Positions 8,974 through 18,512 are shown, counted from the first letter of the stretch. The stretch: DNA of 64,000 bases from Nitrospirota bacterium (GCA_016195565.1 JACPZK010000006.1:30900-94899), one strand, 5' to 3'. Notes: generated by a model not told the origin, from the sequence alone. Numbers and translations: made by a program.

Positions 8974-10389
8974 TTATTCGAACTGGTTTCTTATCCTCAA
9001 AAACGTTGGAAGGTTCTTTATAATCCTGAATGTGCTGTCTGGACATTTAAACATCAAAGGCCAGAATTTCTTCATCCAGTTCTTTCCTGTGTAAAATCTC
9101 TTAATGGCCTGCCTGTGAAGTTTCTCCATTTTCTCTTTGGATTCTATTCCCTTAGGAATAAAGACAAAATTCATACAGTTCATTAATTCCCATTTCTCAT
9201 CGAAAGTCCCCTCTTCATGGATCGTCTTATAGGCAGGAGAGCCGGGAAAGGGCGTGAACTTGGTAATGTTCATATCATCAAGCCTGAGTTCTTCGATAAA
9301 ATCAGTTGTTCTTTTTATGGTCTGCTCGGTCTCGCCCGGAAGCCCCATCATAAAGAGACCCTTGGCCCTCATGCCGTTTTTCTTTATCCGCCTGACCGTG
9401 TCCCTGATCTCATTCAGTGTCACCTTTGCTTTATGCCTTTCAAGCAATCCATGGTCTCCGGATTCCATCCCTATACTCACCATCCATCCGCCGGCGGCCT
9501 TAAGCGTCTGAAGGAGTGCGTCGTCTGCATGCCCTACCCTTACCGCACAATTGAATGTCATGTGCAAAGGCTTTTTTCGGAGCAGCCCGCAAAACTCCTC
9601 CACCCTTTTCCGGTTAAAGGTAAAGAGATCGTCATAGAAGAAAATGTGTCTTACCTTGAAGTCCTTCTTGAGAAGGGCCATGTGCTCATAGAGATATTCA
9701 GCAGAATTAAACCTGAAACTCCTGCGAAAGACAGACCGGTCGCAGTAGGAACACTGATAAAGACAGCCTCTACTGGAGATCATTGAGGCGCTTGGGGACC
9801 TGGGATAATTGAAAAGAGGAGGTTCAAAATATTTCGGAAACCCTTCAAGTTTGCTGTATGTTGGAAATGGAAGGTCATCAAGTTCACAAAGTTCAGTCCT
9901 GAACCCGCAGGATTGGATGCCCTGAGCACCGCGTGAGATCATACCCTGTATTGCAGCTGGATCTTTTCCATCCGCCAGTTCAGTCATGGCGAGCTCTCCT
10001 TCGCCTGTCACAAGAAAATCGATTAGAGGAAAACTTTCAAGTATCTTCTCTCTTAATGCTGAAACATGGACTCCGCCGAAAACGATCTTCACATCCGAAA
10101 GGACCTTCTTGATCTCTTTTACCAATTGGTATGCGCCCGGGAAGCTTGATGTTGTGGATGTAAAGCCGATAATATCGGGCTTCAGGGAAATGACTTTGTT
10201 TATAAGATCAGCAGTCCCCTTGTCAGCCCTTCCGCGGCAGTTGTAAATATCAGCATCAAATCCTTTTTTTATAAGATAGGATGCCACAAAGAGTATGCCC
10301 ATCGGAGCGAGACGCACAGCGGTTTCAGTGTCATCCCTGCGGCCTTCTACCCAGTTAGAACCGAAAGGATTAATGAGAAGTATTTTCAC
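8974..10389 (-). CDS. B12-binding domain radical SAM enzyme (class B)
   Basis: N-terminal MKILLINPF...PDIIGFTSTT B12-binding-type fold, then radical SAM cluster motif CLYQCSYC. Confidence 0.85.
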   Translation of the reverse strand: MKILLINPFGSNWVEGRRDDTETAVRLAPMGILFVASYLIKKGFDADIYNCRGRADKGTADLINKVISLKPDIIGFTSTTSSFPGAYQLVKEIKKVLSDVKIVFGGVHVSALREKILESFPLIDFLVTGEGELAMTELADGKDPAAIQGMISRGAQGIQSCGFRTELCELDDLPFPTYSKLEGFPKYFEPPLFNYPRSPSASMISSRGCLYQCSYCDRSVFRRSFRFNSAEYLYEHMALLKKDFKVRHIFFYDDLFTFNRKRVEEFCGLLRKKPLHMTFNCAVRVGHADDALLQTLKAAGGWMVSIGMESGDHGLLERHKAKVTLNEIRDTVRRIKKNGMRAKGLFMMGLPGETEQTIKRTTDFIEELRLDDMNITKFTPFPGSPAYKTIHEEGTFDEKWELMNCMNFVFIPKGIESKEKMEKLHRQAIKRFYTGKNWMKKFWPLMFKCPDSTFRIIKNLPTFLRIRNQFE

Positions 10390-11812
10390 GCTTTACCTTT
10401 CCGCTTGCTGTTTTTGGCAATGCATCCACAATTTGAAAATCCTTGGGCACTTTATATTGAGACATTCTATGATAGCAGAACCTGCGCAAAGCATTCAGGT
10501 CAATGCTGCTGCGACTATTCTTCAAAACAAGCTTCGCTACAGGCAGTTGTCCGTACTGTGGGTGGGATACACCGTAAACCATTGACTCTTTTATGAGCGG
10601 GTATTCGTTAAGTACGGATTCCACCTCAAATGCAAAGACCTTCATGCCAGCGAAATTAATGACATCCTTTTCCCTCCCGACAATGGTCAGATTGCCATTA
10701 TCATCAATCCTGCCGAGGTCTCCTGTTTTAAACCAGCCTTCTTTCAAGATACTCTTCCCGTTCTTCCATGGTGAAAAATAGGCATTAAGCATTCCCTTTC
10801 CTTTTATGTATATTTCACCAACTCCGTCAGAGCCCTTTTTAAATATCTTTATCTCATAATCTGGAAGCGGCCTGCCTACAGACCCCCTGTTTTTTTTGTC
10901 TGCATTAAGATTCATGAACGGCAATCCCACCTCAATGATGCCGTATGCCTCACTCAGTTCAAACCCGAATTTTTCAGAAAACTGCTCTGCTATTGCGTCA
11001 GGGAGTTTCATGGCAGTCGAAACTGCCAGACGTACATTACTGAGCGACTCAGTGGAAAGGAGGTCAGAACGTGCCAGGAGATTATAGTGAAAAGGCGAGG
11101 CGTAGATAAATGTACCTTTATGTTCTGTGATGCCTTCTATCAATGCCTCAGGAAAACGCTGACTGCATAATACAATAGTTGCGCCTCTTCGCAGAAAAAG
11201 GAGTATTGTCACCACAAAATGGAAACTCATCGAAAGCACCCAAAGCACTGTATCTCCAGAAGTTATTTTAAGCCCCTTATCTGCAGCGTCTGTCCTTTCG
11301 ATTATCGCCTCATGCGAAAGCACCACTCCTTTGCTTGCACCTGTAGTGCCGGAGCTGAAACGGATGAATGCGGGATTTAATTTATAATATTCGCTGTTGT
11401 CCAGTTCAGGGATGTCTCTCTTAATTATCTTCAATTCTTTTTTTAGCAGTCCCCCTGACAAAAGATTCTCCGAACCTTCCTCCTCAAACGTCCCCTTTTC
11501 GAATATCAGATAATCAAGAGCGATCCTGTCAATGATATCTCTTATCTCATTATCAGACTGTTCAGGAGATATGGGGACGATCACCGCGGACAAAGAGAGG
11601 ACTGCCATGCTCGTTGTCAGATAGTCAATTGAGTCGCCGCACAAGAGACCCACCCGGTGGAATTGGCCCACACCTTTTTCCCTGAGAGAAGACGCTGTGA
11701 TATCAGCGCAGGAGAAAAGCTTCGAATATGAAATCACCTGATTGTCTTCAATCACCGCTGTTTTATCGGCAAAGTCCCGGGTCTCCTTTCTAATTGTATC
11801 GAAGATGTTCAT
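10370..11812 (-). CDS. acyl-AMP/acyl-CoA ligase (ANL adenylating superfamily)
   Basis: SSGTTGASKGV, GWFKTGDLG, VGREKD, PKTASGKVKR. Start placed at ATG 11812 (AAGGTGA Shine-Dalgarno), directly after the upstream stop. Confidence 0.85.
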   Translation of the reverse strand: MNIFDTIRKETRDFADKTAVIEDNQVISYSKLFSCADITASSLREKGVGQFHRVGLLCGDSIDYLTTSMAVLSLSAVIVPISPEQSDNEIRDIIDRIALDYLIFEKGTFEEEGSENLLSGGLLKKELKIIKRDIPELDNSEYYKLNPAFIRFSSGTTGASKGVVLSHEAIIERTDAADKGLKITSGDTVLWVLSMSFHFVVTILLFLRRGATIVLCSQRFPEALIEGITEHKGTFIYASPFHYNLLARSDLLSTESLSNVRLAVSTAMKLPDAIAEQFSEKFGFELSEAYGIIEVGLPFMNLNADKKNRGSVGRPLPDYEIKIFKKGSDGVGEIYIKGKGMLNAYFSPWKNGKSILKEGWFKTGDLGRIDDNGNLTIVGREKDVINFAGMKVFAFEVESVLNEYPLIKESMVYGVSHPQYGQLPVAKLVLKNSRSSIDLNALRRFCYHRMSQYKVPKDFQIVDALPKTASGKVKRENTSH

Positions 11813-11813
11813 A

Positions 11814-13313
11814 TCACCTTTTATCGTAGTAATCCCTGTGAATTGCACGAAGGGCAAAGATATATTTTGTGCCGTTTACTATCGCCCTTATCACTTCATG
11901 AAAAGGCGTCTTCACCTTATTCACTCTCAGAGGATTTGTGGACCATGCAAGCCTGTAGAGACGGGCAAAATGCGCGTAGAACCTCCTGATATCAAGTTTC
12001 GTAGGCAGCAGTGTATGCATGCAGTCATAGAAGAGATAAGGGTCGCAGATAAATTCCTCTTTATGCTTATGCCACAGCTCAGTACCGGGTGATGGCGAGA
12101 AAACAGTAAAAGATACCTCAGCAGGCCCGATGTCCATTATCGTTTTTTCCACGCTCCTGAAATCCTCTACAGAAAATGAAGGGTCTACCATAAGACTGGC
12201 ATGAAGTGTTAGCCCTATCTCCTGAAGCGTTGATACCGCTTTTTTGTTGGTTTCAACAGAGGTGAGTTTCTTGTAATTTTTCAGGCGGGTTTCATCCATA
12301 GCCTCGAGCCCGACATAGACCATTTCAAGTCCTGCCTTTTTCCAGAGCCTGAACATATCAGGATGCCTTACTATCGTGTCAGCCCTTGCCCAGCTCACAA
12401 ACTTCTTTTTAATCCCTCTCTCTATAAGCAGCTGTGCGACCTTTGTCATCCTCTTTTCATTCAGAAACGTCTCGTCATCAACAAAATATATATGCTCTTC
12501 CTGAATATTTGCTATCTCGTTCACAACATCTTCAGGATTTCTCTCAAGATACTTCCGCCCCATTATGTGATGTACCACGCAGAAGGCACAATTAAATTTA
12601 CAGCCGTACGAAGTCCTGACAGATGCCATACGCGGGAATATGGTATCCAGCTTTCCATCAGGCGCTGAAGTCCAGACAGCAAAATATCTCGACCGCTCTA
12701 CAAGATCCCTACGGGGAAGAGGAATCTCCTCAACCTGCGGATAAGTCGGCGGTTTGGCAGCTGCTTTTTCCTGAAAATCCTTATCCAGCCTTGAGAGCGA
12801 AACGTATCCAAAATAAGGTGTTTCACCGGCTTTTAATCTTCTAATAATCTCCCTGAAGGTTGTGCCTCCTTCACCCCTGACTATAATATCTATATCATCC
12901 ACTGCATAATCAGCAGGAGCTATTATTGCATGAATTCCACCTACAACAACTATTGTAGAAGGGTATTTCTTCTTCACAAGTTGTGCCAGTTCCTTCACCC
13001 TTGCAGACTGATTGCTGTATCCGGTAAAGCCTACGATATCCGGCTTGATCTCATCCAGTCTTTTGTGGAAAACTTCCATCGGCTTTTTTCCCAATGTCAT
13101 GTCATATATCGAAACAGAGTCTTCTGCCGGTATACCGCCTGCAACGATCTCAAGTTCAAGAGGCTCAAGGTGGAGAAATTCGTTCAGCCTTTTGGCAACA
13201 GTAAGATACGGATGAGGCTTCACAAGAAGAATGCGAAGAGGCCCCTTTGTCTTCAATCGTGGTATGTTCTTTTCATCTGACTGCTTCTGCTTCATATCCG
13301 GCAAAGCCTCCAT
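11814..13313 (-). CDS. B12-binding domain radical SAM enzyme (class B)
   Basis: LRILLVKPHP...PDIVGFTGYS B12-binding-type N-terminus; CKFNCAFC cluster motif. Confidence 0.85.
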   Translation of the reverse strand: MEALPDMKQKQSDEKNIPRLKTKGPLRILLVKPHPYLTVAKRLNEFLHLEPLELEIVAGGIPAEDSVSIYDMTLGKKPMEVFHKRLDEIKPDIVGFTGYSNQSARVKELAQLVKKKYPSTIVVVGGIHAIIAPADYAVDDIDIIVRGEGGTTFREIIRRLKAGETPYFGYVSLSRLDKDFQEKAAAKPPTYPQVEEIPLPRRDLVERSRYFAVWTSAPDGKLDTIFPRMASVRTSYGCKFNCAFCVVHHIMGRKYLERNPEDVVNEIANIQEEHIYFVDDETFLNEKRMTKVAQLLIERGIKKKFVSWARADTIVRHPDMFRLWKKAGLEMVYVGLEAMDETRLKNYKKLTSVETNKKAVSTLQEIGLTLHASLMVDPSFSVEDFRSVEKTIMDIGPAEVSFTVFSPSPGTELWHKHKEEFICDPYLFYDCMHTLLPTKLDIRRFYAHFARLYRLAWSTNPLRVNKVKTPFHEVIRAIVNGTKYIFALRAIHRDYYDKR

Positions 13314-13325
13314 TTATAGATGTAT

Positions 13326-14537
13326 TTATATTTTATTCTCTGATAAAAGGTAATTTCCATGCTTGATCTTATTGGCTGCTGCCATACCCGCCTGCTCTCC
13401 GAGAGATATACATGTGCCCATCACCCTTGTGGACCCGAGCGCCTCGCGAGAAACTGATATGCACCGGCCTGCGCATAACAGGTTTTTAAAACCCTTCACC
13501 TTCAAACAACCAATGGGTATTTCATAGTAATCGTCTTTTGGAACATATTTGTAGATCGTCCCTTTATTTCTGTCCCATATCTCAATAGGCCATGAGTTTT
13601 TCACAATGCCATCAGAGAATTTCCTCGCACTAAGGATGTCGTCTTCCGTGAGTGTATATTCACCCCTTATCCTCCTGCCTTCCCTCTGCATTACTGCCTG
13701 AGAGGTCCCGGCAATATAAGAGTCTTTAAACTGTTCAAGTCTGTCCGCCAGATATCTGTGCACGGACAATGCATCCGTTATTGCTCTTTGCCTGCCTTCA
13801 GGACCATCAGCAACAACCACGCTTATTTTCAGATATCCTTCATCCGGAGCATCTCCGGGAGAGAGAGTTGAAAATCTCAGATAAAAAGAAAGCACTTTTT
13901 TTTCAGATGCTTCAGCCAGATAAAAAGGCACCTTTATCTGCAGGGTTTCATCGTAGTCCTTGATTCCCTTAATGCGCAGCACATATCCTGCAAGCTGAAG
14001 TTCTTCAGGCAATGATATATCGAAGTCTGCTCCAGCCAGCGTAGAGACCTCTCCGTTGCCTGTGCAATCTATGACCACACCGGGAACAATGTCATATTTG
14101 CCTTCGGAATTTTCAACTGTGATGCCCGTTATTTCTTCATCTGTTATTTTTACTAATACAACAGTTGTATTTGAAAGGACCTGCAGTTTAGATTCTGCAT
14201 TTAACAGTGAATCAAAAACAGACCTGAGGTCTTCCCTTGAGTAAGGCAGGACATAGACCCTCCCTATTTTCTTCACTTTATTATCTGGATAGAGTTTATT
14301 CAATAAAGAGACTACCTCCTCTGCTATTCCTTTATTAATCGTTTCAACAGGCATAGTGTCTCCATTGAGATAAAGGCCGCAGATATGCCTAAGCAATCCA
14401 GAATAGCCGATACCCCCCAAAAAACCTGCTCCCTCGACAAGACATGTACGCGCTCCCTGCCGCGCAGCTGCCACAGCTGCAGCCACACCGGAAACTCCGC
14501 CGCCTGCAACAAGGACATCAGCATGTGTCTTGATCAA
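13326..14537 (-). CDS. FAD-dependent oxidoreductase
   Basis: N-terminal dinucleotide-binding fold DVLVAGGGVSGVAAAVAAARQG...LVE; start overlaps the upstream stop by 4 nt. Confidence 0.7.
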   Translation of the reverse strand: MIKTHADVLVAGGGVSGVAAAVAAARQGARTCLVEGAGFLGGIGYSGLLRHICGLYLNGDTMPVETINKGIAEEVVSLLNKLYPDNKVKKIGRVYVLPYSREDLRSVFDSLLNAESKLQVLSNTTVVLVKITDEEITGITVENSEGKYDIVPGVVIDCTGNGEVSTLAGADFDISLPEELQLAGYVLRIKGIKDYDETLQIKVPFYLAEASEKKVLSFYLRFSTLSPGDAPDEGYLKISVVVADGPEGRQRAITDALSVHRYLADRLEQFKDSYIAGTSQAVMQREGRRIRGEYTLTEDDILSARKFSDGIVKNSWPIEIWDRNKGTIYKYVPKDDYYEIPIGCLKVKGFKNLLCAGRCISVSREALGSTRVMGTCISLGEQAGMAAANKIKHGNYLLSENKI

Positions 14538-15871
14538 ACAGAGGCCTCCAGTTTCTCCTTTACAGTTGTTGTAAGCATAAGGAGCTCCTCATCCGACAAC
14601 AGCCCGTCGAGATAAGAGATAACAAAGTTCAGCCTGCCATTAAAATAATTGAAAAAGAAACCGAGCCCTGGCGGGACAGGGACACGCGGTGTATGGAAAA
14701 GGTTTTTTATTCTCCTTCCCATGAATTCAGATATCTCATTCGGCCTCTTGCCAAGATATGAAAAAAGGAAAGATGCGGCTTTTCCCCTGAAATGCAGATA
14801 AAGCACTTTCCCCAAAAAAGAAAGGGACGCTATGCGAAGCAATGCGCTCGCATCAGCAAGGTCTTTAGGCAGTTTGGCCTTCACCTGTTCAAACATCTGG
14901 AGCTTCACAGATTTCATTATATTTTTAAGTTCACCTGCATCTTCCGCCGGGACTTTAAAAAAAAGATATGAAACATGGTTCAGAAGCAATTCCTCCCTTA
15001 TATCATCGCTCGTCCTCATATCTATCGTTACAGGTGCCATGTAATTGTCAGCATCTATACCCCTCTCTTTGAAAAGCTCATGCACTGCCTGCATGACAAC
15101 AGAAAGCAGGTATGGCATCTCCATTAAATATCCTGCCTCGCTGTACGCCTTATCATAGATATTTTTTGTATCATTAATGTTAAATGAGACAAGGTTAAAT
15201 TTAAACCCTCTTTCGTTTCCCTGTGGGAGAGGTAATGTGTCAAAGAGGGGCATGGATAAAGAAAGCATCTTGCGGTTAACGTTTCTGCCTGCATAGAATT
15301 TATTCATCCAGTCAGAAAGGTCTGCGGGAGTTGTCAGGCGGATACCTTTCAAAATATCGGCAATCTCTTTCCCTGATGAATACTCTAAAAAAAGTTCGAG
15401 AAATGCCTCTGCTCCGCGCGCATCGAACAAGCGGTGATCAAAAGTCATTGCAAAGAGGCTCTCTTTTTTCCCGTTCTGAATTAGATGGAATGCAAGATGT
15501 TCATTCTCTTTTTTAAAAGGCCGGTTTGCAGCCTTTCCGAGCAAAGAGAGGATATCATTACCTGATGCATCTTCTTTCAGAGTATAAACACTAAGATCCA
15601 GATCAGCAGCGATCTTTTCCGGAATTCGCCAGTATGGGGTAAGATTGAAATCACGCTTTACACTTCCATGAAGCGCGGGGAACTCTCTCACAAAAACACC
15701 AAGCCGCTGCCGTAAGAGTCTTTCGTCAAGCATGGAATCCAGCACAAGAACTATCTGGGACATGTTGCCTGCACAGGTAATGGATTTCATCATATGGTCA
15801 ATAGTGTTTATCACCCAGTCCTGGCCGGAAAGATACATTCTGTTTTTAGATGAAGGAATCACAAAACCCAT
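14534..15871 (-). CDS. condensation-domain-like (HxxxD) acyltransferase
   Basis: 445 aa with FDHRLFDARG at residues ~144-153, where C-domain/WS-DGAT/PapA5-type enzymes carry HHxxxDG. Sits directly downstream of an ACP gene. Confidence 0.5.
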   Translation of the reverse strand: MGFVIPSSKNRMYLSGQDWVINTIDHMMKSITCAGNMSQIVLVLDSMLDERLLRQRLGVFVREFPALHGSVKRDFNLTPYWRIPEKIAADLDLSVYTLKEDASGNDILSLLGKAANRPFKKENEHLAFHLIQNGKKESLFAMTFDHRLFDARGAEAFLELFLEYSSGKEIADILKGIRLTTPADLSDWMNKFYAGRNVNRKMLSLSMPLFDTLPLPQGNERGFKFNLVSFNINDTKNIYDKAYSEAGYLMEMPYLLSVVMQAVHELFKERGIDADNYMAPVTIDMRTSDDIREELLLNHVSYLFFKVPAEDAGELKNIMKSVKLQMFEQVKAKLPKDLADASALLRIASLSFLGKVLYLHFRGKAASFLFSYLGKRPNEISEFMGRRIKNLFHTPRVPVPPGLGFFFNYFNGRLNFVISYLDGLLSDEELLMLTTTVKEKLEASV

Positions 15872-15873
15872 GA

Positions 15874-16116
15874 TTAAAGCTTTTTGCTGATAAAGGTTGC
15901 CAGCGAATTTATTGTCTCAAAATCCTTTTTCGTTAAATCCAGCTCAACAAGATTAAGTTTAAATGTCTTCTCTATGAACACAAGCACTTCAACAAACCCC
16001 AGCGAATCAAGCCCCAGTTCTTTAAAGGGTATGTCAGGAGCCATGGAAGACCTGTCAATGGACATTATTGCAGAGATACCCTCTATTAATTTTTCCTCTA
16101 CATCATTTTTCGTCAT
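15874..16116 (-). CDS. acyl carrier protein (ACP-1)
   Basis: 80 aa with LGLDSLGFVE phosphopantetheine-attachment Ser motif. Confidence 0.85.
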   Translation of the reverse strand: MTKNDVEEKLIEGISAIMSIDRSSMAPDIPFKELGLDSLGFVEVLVFIEKTFKLNLVELDLTKKDFETINSLATFISKKL

Positions 16117-16165
16117 ATGATTGCTCTCTTTTCCGATTTAACGTCTATCCATAAACAAAGATTTT

Positions 16166-16237
16166 GTCATTCCCCGGCTTGACCGGGGAATCCAGAACAT
16201 GTTGAAAATCATGGATTCCCGCCTTCGCGGGAATGAC
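16166..16237. repeat. miniature palindromic repeat, family B (termini GTCATTCC / GGAATGAC), 72 bp, two hairpins
   Basis: GTCATTCCCCGGCTTGACCGGGGAATCC...GGATTCCCGCCTTCGCGGGAATGAC. A related copy lies at 46236-46313. It fills the ACP-1 / KS-like spacer. Confidence 0.8.
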
Positions 16238-16255
16238 GAATTTTATACTGTCTTT

Positions 16256-17323
16256 TTATGTACTTCTAAGTAGATGAACAATGACATTTTCAGCAAGGCA
16301 ATTATATCCGATAGAACGTATTAAATCAATTTTGGCAGGCCTGCTGACATCAGCCAGATTCAAGCCTTCAGAGTTATCAATTACAGGGGTTGCATACTGC
16401 ATCTGCTTTTTTATCATCAGCGCTCCTGCTGCGCAGTTAAAGGCACTGCCTGTCATCGTGCTTCCGAACAAAGGTGAATAAGCAGCAGCAGGTACTTTTA
16501 AAGAAAGAGCTTTCAAATATGCTTTTCCATCAACCATTCCGTCTGCATCTATAATGTCAATGTCAGGTAATTCCCAGCTCTCAGGATTGCGGTTGAAATC
16601 TATATCAGCAATCCGGCAGTATGCATTTTCTGCGGATCTGCCTGAGACCAGGAAAAAAACACTCCCTTCGCCAGGGACAGGATTAGAAGGAGCGGAAAAA
16701 TTAAAAGGTCTTATCTTTCCGTCTGCGGAGCTGCCGGATTTTTTATCAAAAACATATCTCATCACTTCGCCGCAGACATCAACTGCCCCTACAAGAACAT
16801 GGTCACAGCAATTATCATTTATCCAGGTCTGCGCAAGCTGAAGCGCACTCTGAAAAGAGAAGAAAAACCGGGTGACTGTTAGTGTCGGTCCTGTTATATC
16901 AAGCGCACAAGCAATATATGATGCAGCAGCGTTATGGACTGAATTTGAAAATGTTATCGGTGATACCCCGACTTCACCGTAATCAATGATATCATCAAGA
17001 AAATCAAATGAGGTCTGGTGAGCGCCAAATGCAGTTGAAAGGATTACGCCTATCCTGTTTTTCTCAATATCAAGGCCGCTGTCTTTGATTGCATCGGATG
17101 CTGCTATAACAGCCATCTTGCTGAACTTGTCAGCCCTGCGCATCTTTTTTAGCAGGACCTTGTCCTCTATATACTCAGGCTTTACTATATAAGCCAGCGT
17201 TTTTTTATTTATGTGTGGGATATCATACTCGGCAGGCCTTTGCCATCCATCTTTCAACACATTCTCAAAAGACAAAATGCCCCTGCCTCCGCTGAATAAT
17301 ATACCTATGCCATGAACATTCAT
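16256..17323 (-). CDS. ketosynthase-like protein lacking the active-site Cys (chain-length-factor-like)
   Basis: KS fold motifs are present, but the segment after GPTLTV reads TRFFFSFQSAL instead of T-A-C-S-S. Coupled to the upstream KS (3-nt gap). Confidence 0.7.
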   Translation of the reverse strand: MNVHGIGILFSGGRGILSFENVLKDGWQRPAEYDIPHINKKTLAYIVKPEYIEDKVLLKKMRRADKFSKMAVIAASDAIKDSGLDIEKNRIGVILSTAFGAHQTSFDFLDDIIDYGEVGVSPITFSNSVHNAAASYIACALDITGPTLTVTRFFFSFQSALQLAQTWINDNCCDHVLVGAVDVCGEVMRYVFDKKSGSSADGKIRPFNFSAPSNPVPGEGSVFFLVSGRSAENAYCRIADIDFNRNPESWELPDIDIIDADGMVDGKAYLKALSLKVPAAAYSPLFGSTMTGSAFNCAAGALMIKKQMQYATPVIDNSEGLNLADVSRPAKIDLIRSIGYNCLAENVIVHLLRST

Positions 17324-17326
17324 TTA

Positions 17327-18496
17327 TTACAATCTCCCCAATAAAAGCGCTGCGTTATTTCCTCCAAAGGCAAGGGATGTTGACAGTGCGAACCTTCCAT
17401 TAATCTTTGTCTCTTTCATCACAGGCATAACAGGGATTGAATCGTCCTTATTCTTAAAACCAATGCTCGCAGGTATCCAGCCCTCGCGCAGGCCGGCGGC
17501 TGTAAAAGCCGACTCAAGCCCTCCTGCTGCTCCAAGAGTATGTCCTGTAAAACCCTTTGTCGATAACATTTTAATATCATTTCCGAATATCCGTCCAAGC
17601 ACTTTGCCCTCAACCAGATCATTATCTGTCGTTCCCGTGCCATGTGCATTAACAAAACTTATTTCAGAGGGTTTTATTCCAGCCTCTGACAGCGCTTTAA
17701 TAATAGAAGCCTCAAGCCCTGCGCCATCAGGCTTTGGAGCAGTAAGATGATAAGCATCAGCTGATGCTCCATAACCCATAACACAGATATCTGAATATAT
17801 ATTTCTGGACTTTGCAGAATCTGCTCTTTCCAATATCAGGACACCTGCTCCTTCTCCTAAATTCAGTCCCTTTCGGTCACGATCAAATGGCGCGCACAAA
17901 CCCTGATTGACAATACCAAGGGAACTGAAACCGCAAAGAGGGACCAGATTTAATTCATCTGCTCCGCCTGCTATGGCAATATCGCAAAGACCGTTCTTAA
18001 GCCATGAGAAGGCCGCGCCAATAGCGTCAGTGCCTGAGGAACAGGCGTTAACCACGGTCAGTGCAGGCCCACGAGCCTTGGTCTTGCGTGCGATGAATTC
18101 AGCGACATTGCTCTTAAGGTATCTGTCCGCCACTTCCATCGGAGCATCGCCGGTATCACGATAAGATTTGTAGAATTCAAGATCATTAAGCTGGCTTGCG
18201 ACTGTTGTGCCTATACAAACACCAACGCGAAGTTTGGTTAAATCTCCGAGAGCTGCATCTTTAAGCGCTGCATCAACTGCGCATAAGGCCAGACTCAGCG
18301 TCCTGTTTTTCCCGATGATAAATTCATCAGGAATTTGTTTGACTTCAAAGACCGGGCATGTCAGAGAGGTATTAAAGATCGAGACAGGCCCGGCATTTCT
18401 TTGTCTTTGCCTGAATGAATCAAGTGTCGCTGAAATACCTGTTCCGGCTGCGGATATAACTCCGAGCCCGGTAATCAGGACGCCGGTATTTTTCAT
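17327..18496 (-). CDS. beta-ketoacyl-ACP synthase (FabF/FabB-like)
   Basis: VVNACSSGTDAIG (active Cys), NAHGTGT, FTGHTLGAAG (two His). Confidence 0.9.
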   Translation of the reverse strand: MKNTGVLITGLGVISAAGTGISATLDSFRQRQRNAGPVSIFNTSLTCPVFEVKQIPDEFIIGKNRTLSLALCAVDAALKDAALGDLTKLRVGVCIGTTVASQLNDLEFYKSYRDTGDAPMEVADRYLKSNVAEFIARKTKARGPALTVVNACSSGTDAIGAAFSWLKNGLCDIAIAGGADELNLVPLCGFSSLGIVNQGLCAPFDRDRKGLNLGEGAGVLILERADSAKSRNIYSDICVMGYGASADAYHLTAPKPDGAGLEASIIKALSEAGIKPSEISFVNAHGTGTTDNDLVEGKVLGRIFGNDIKMLSTKGFTGHTLGAAGGLESAFTAAGLREGWIPASIGFKNKDDSIPVMPVMKETKINGRFALSTSLAFGGNNAALLLGRL

Positions 18497-18512
18497 TTAA
18501 ACTCGCCTTCGT

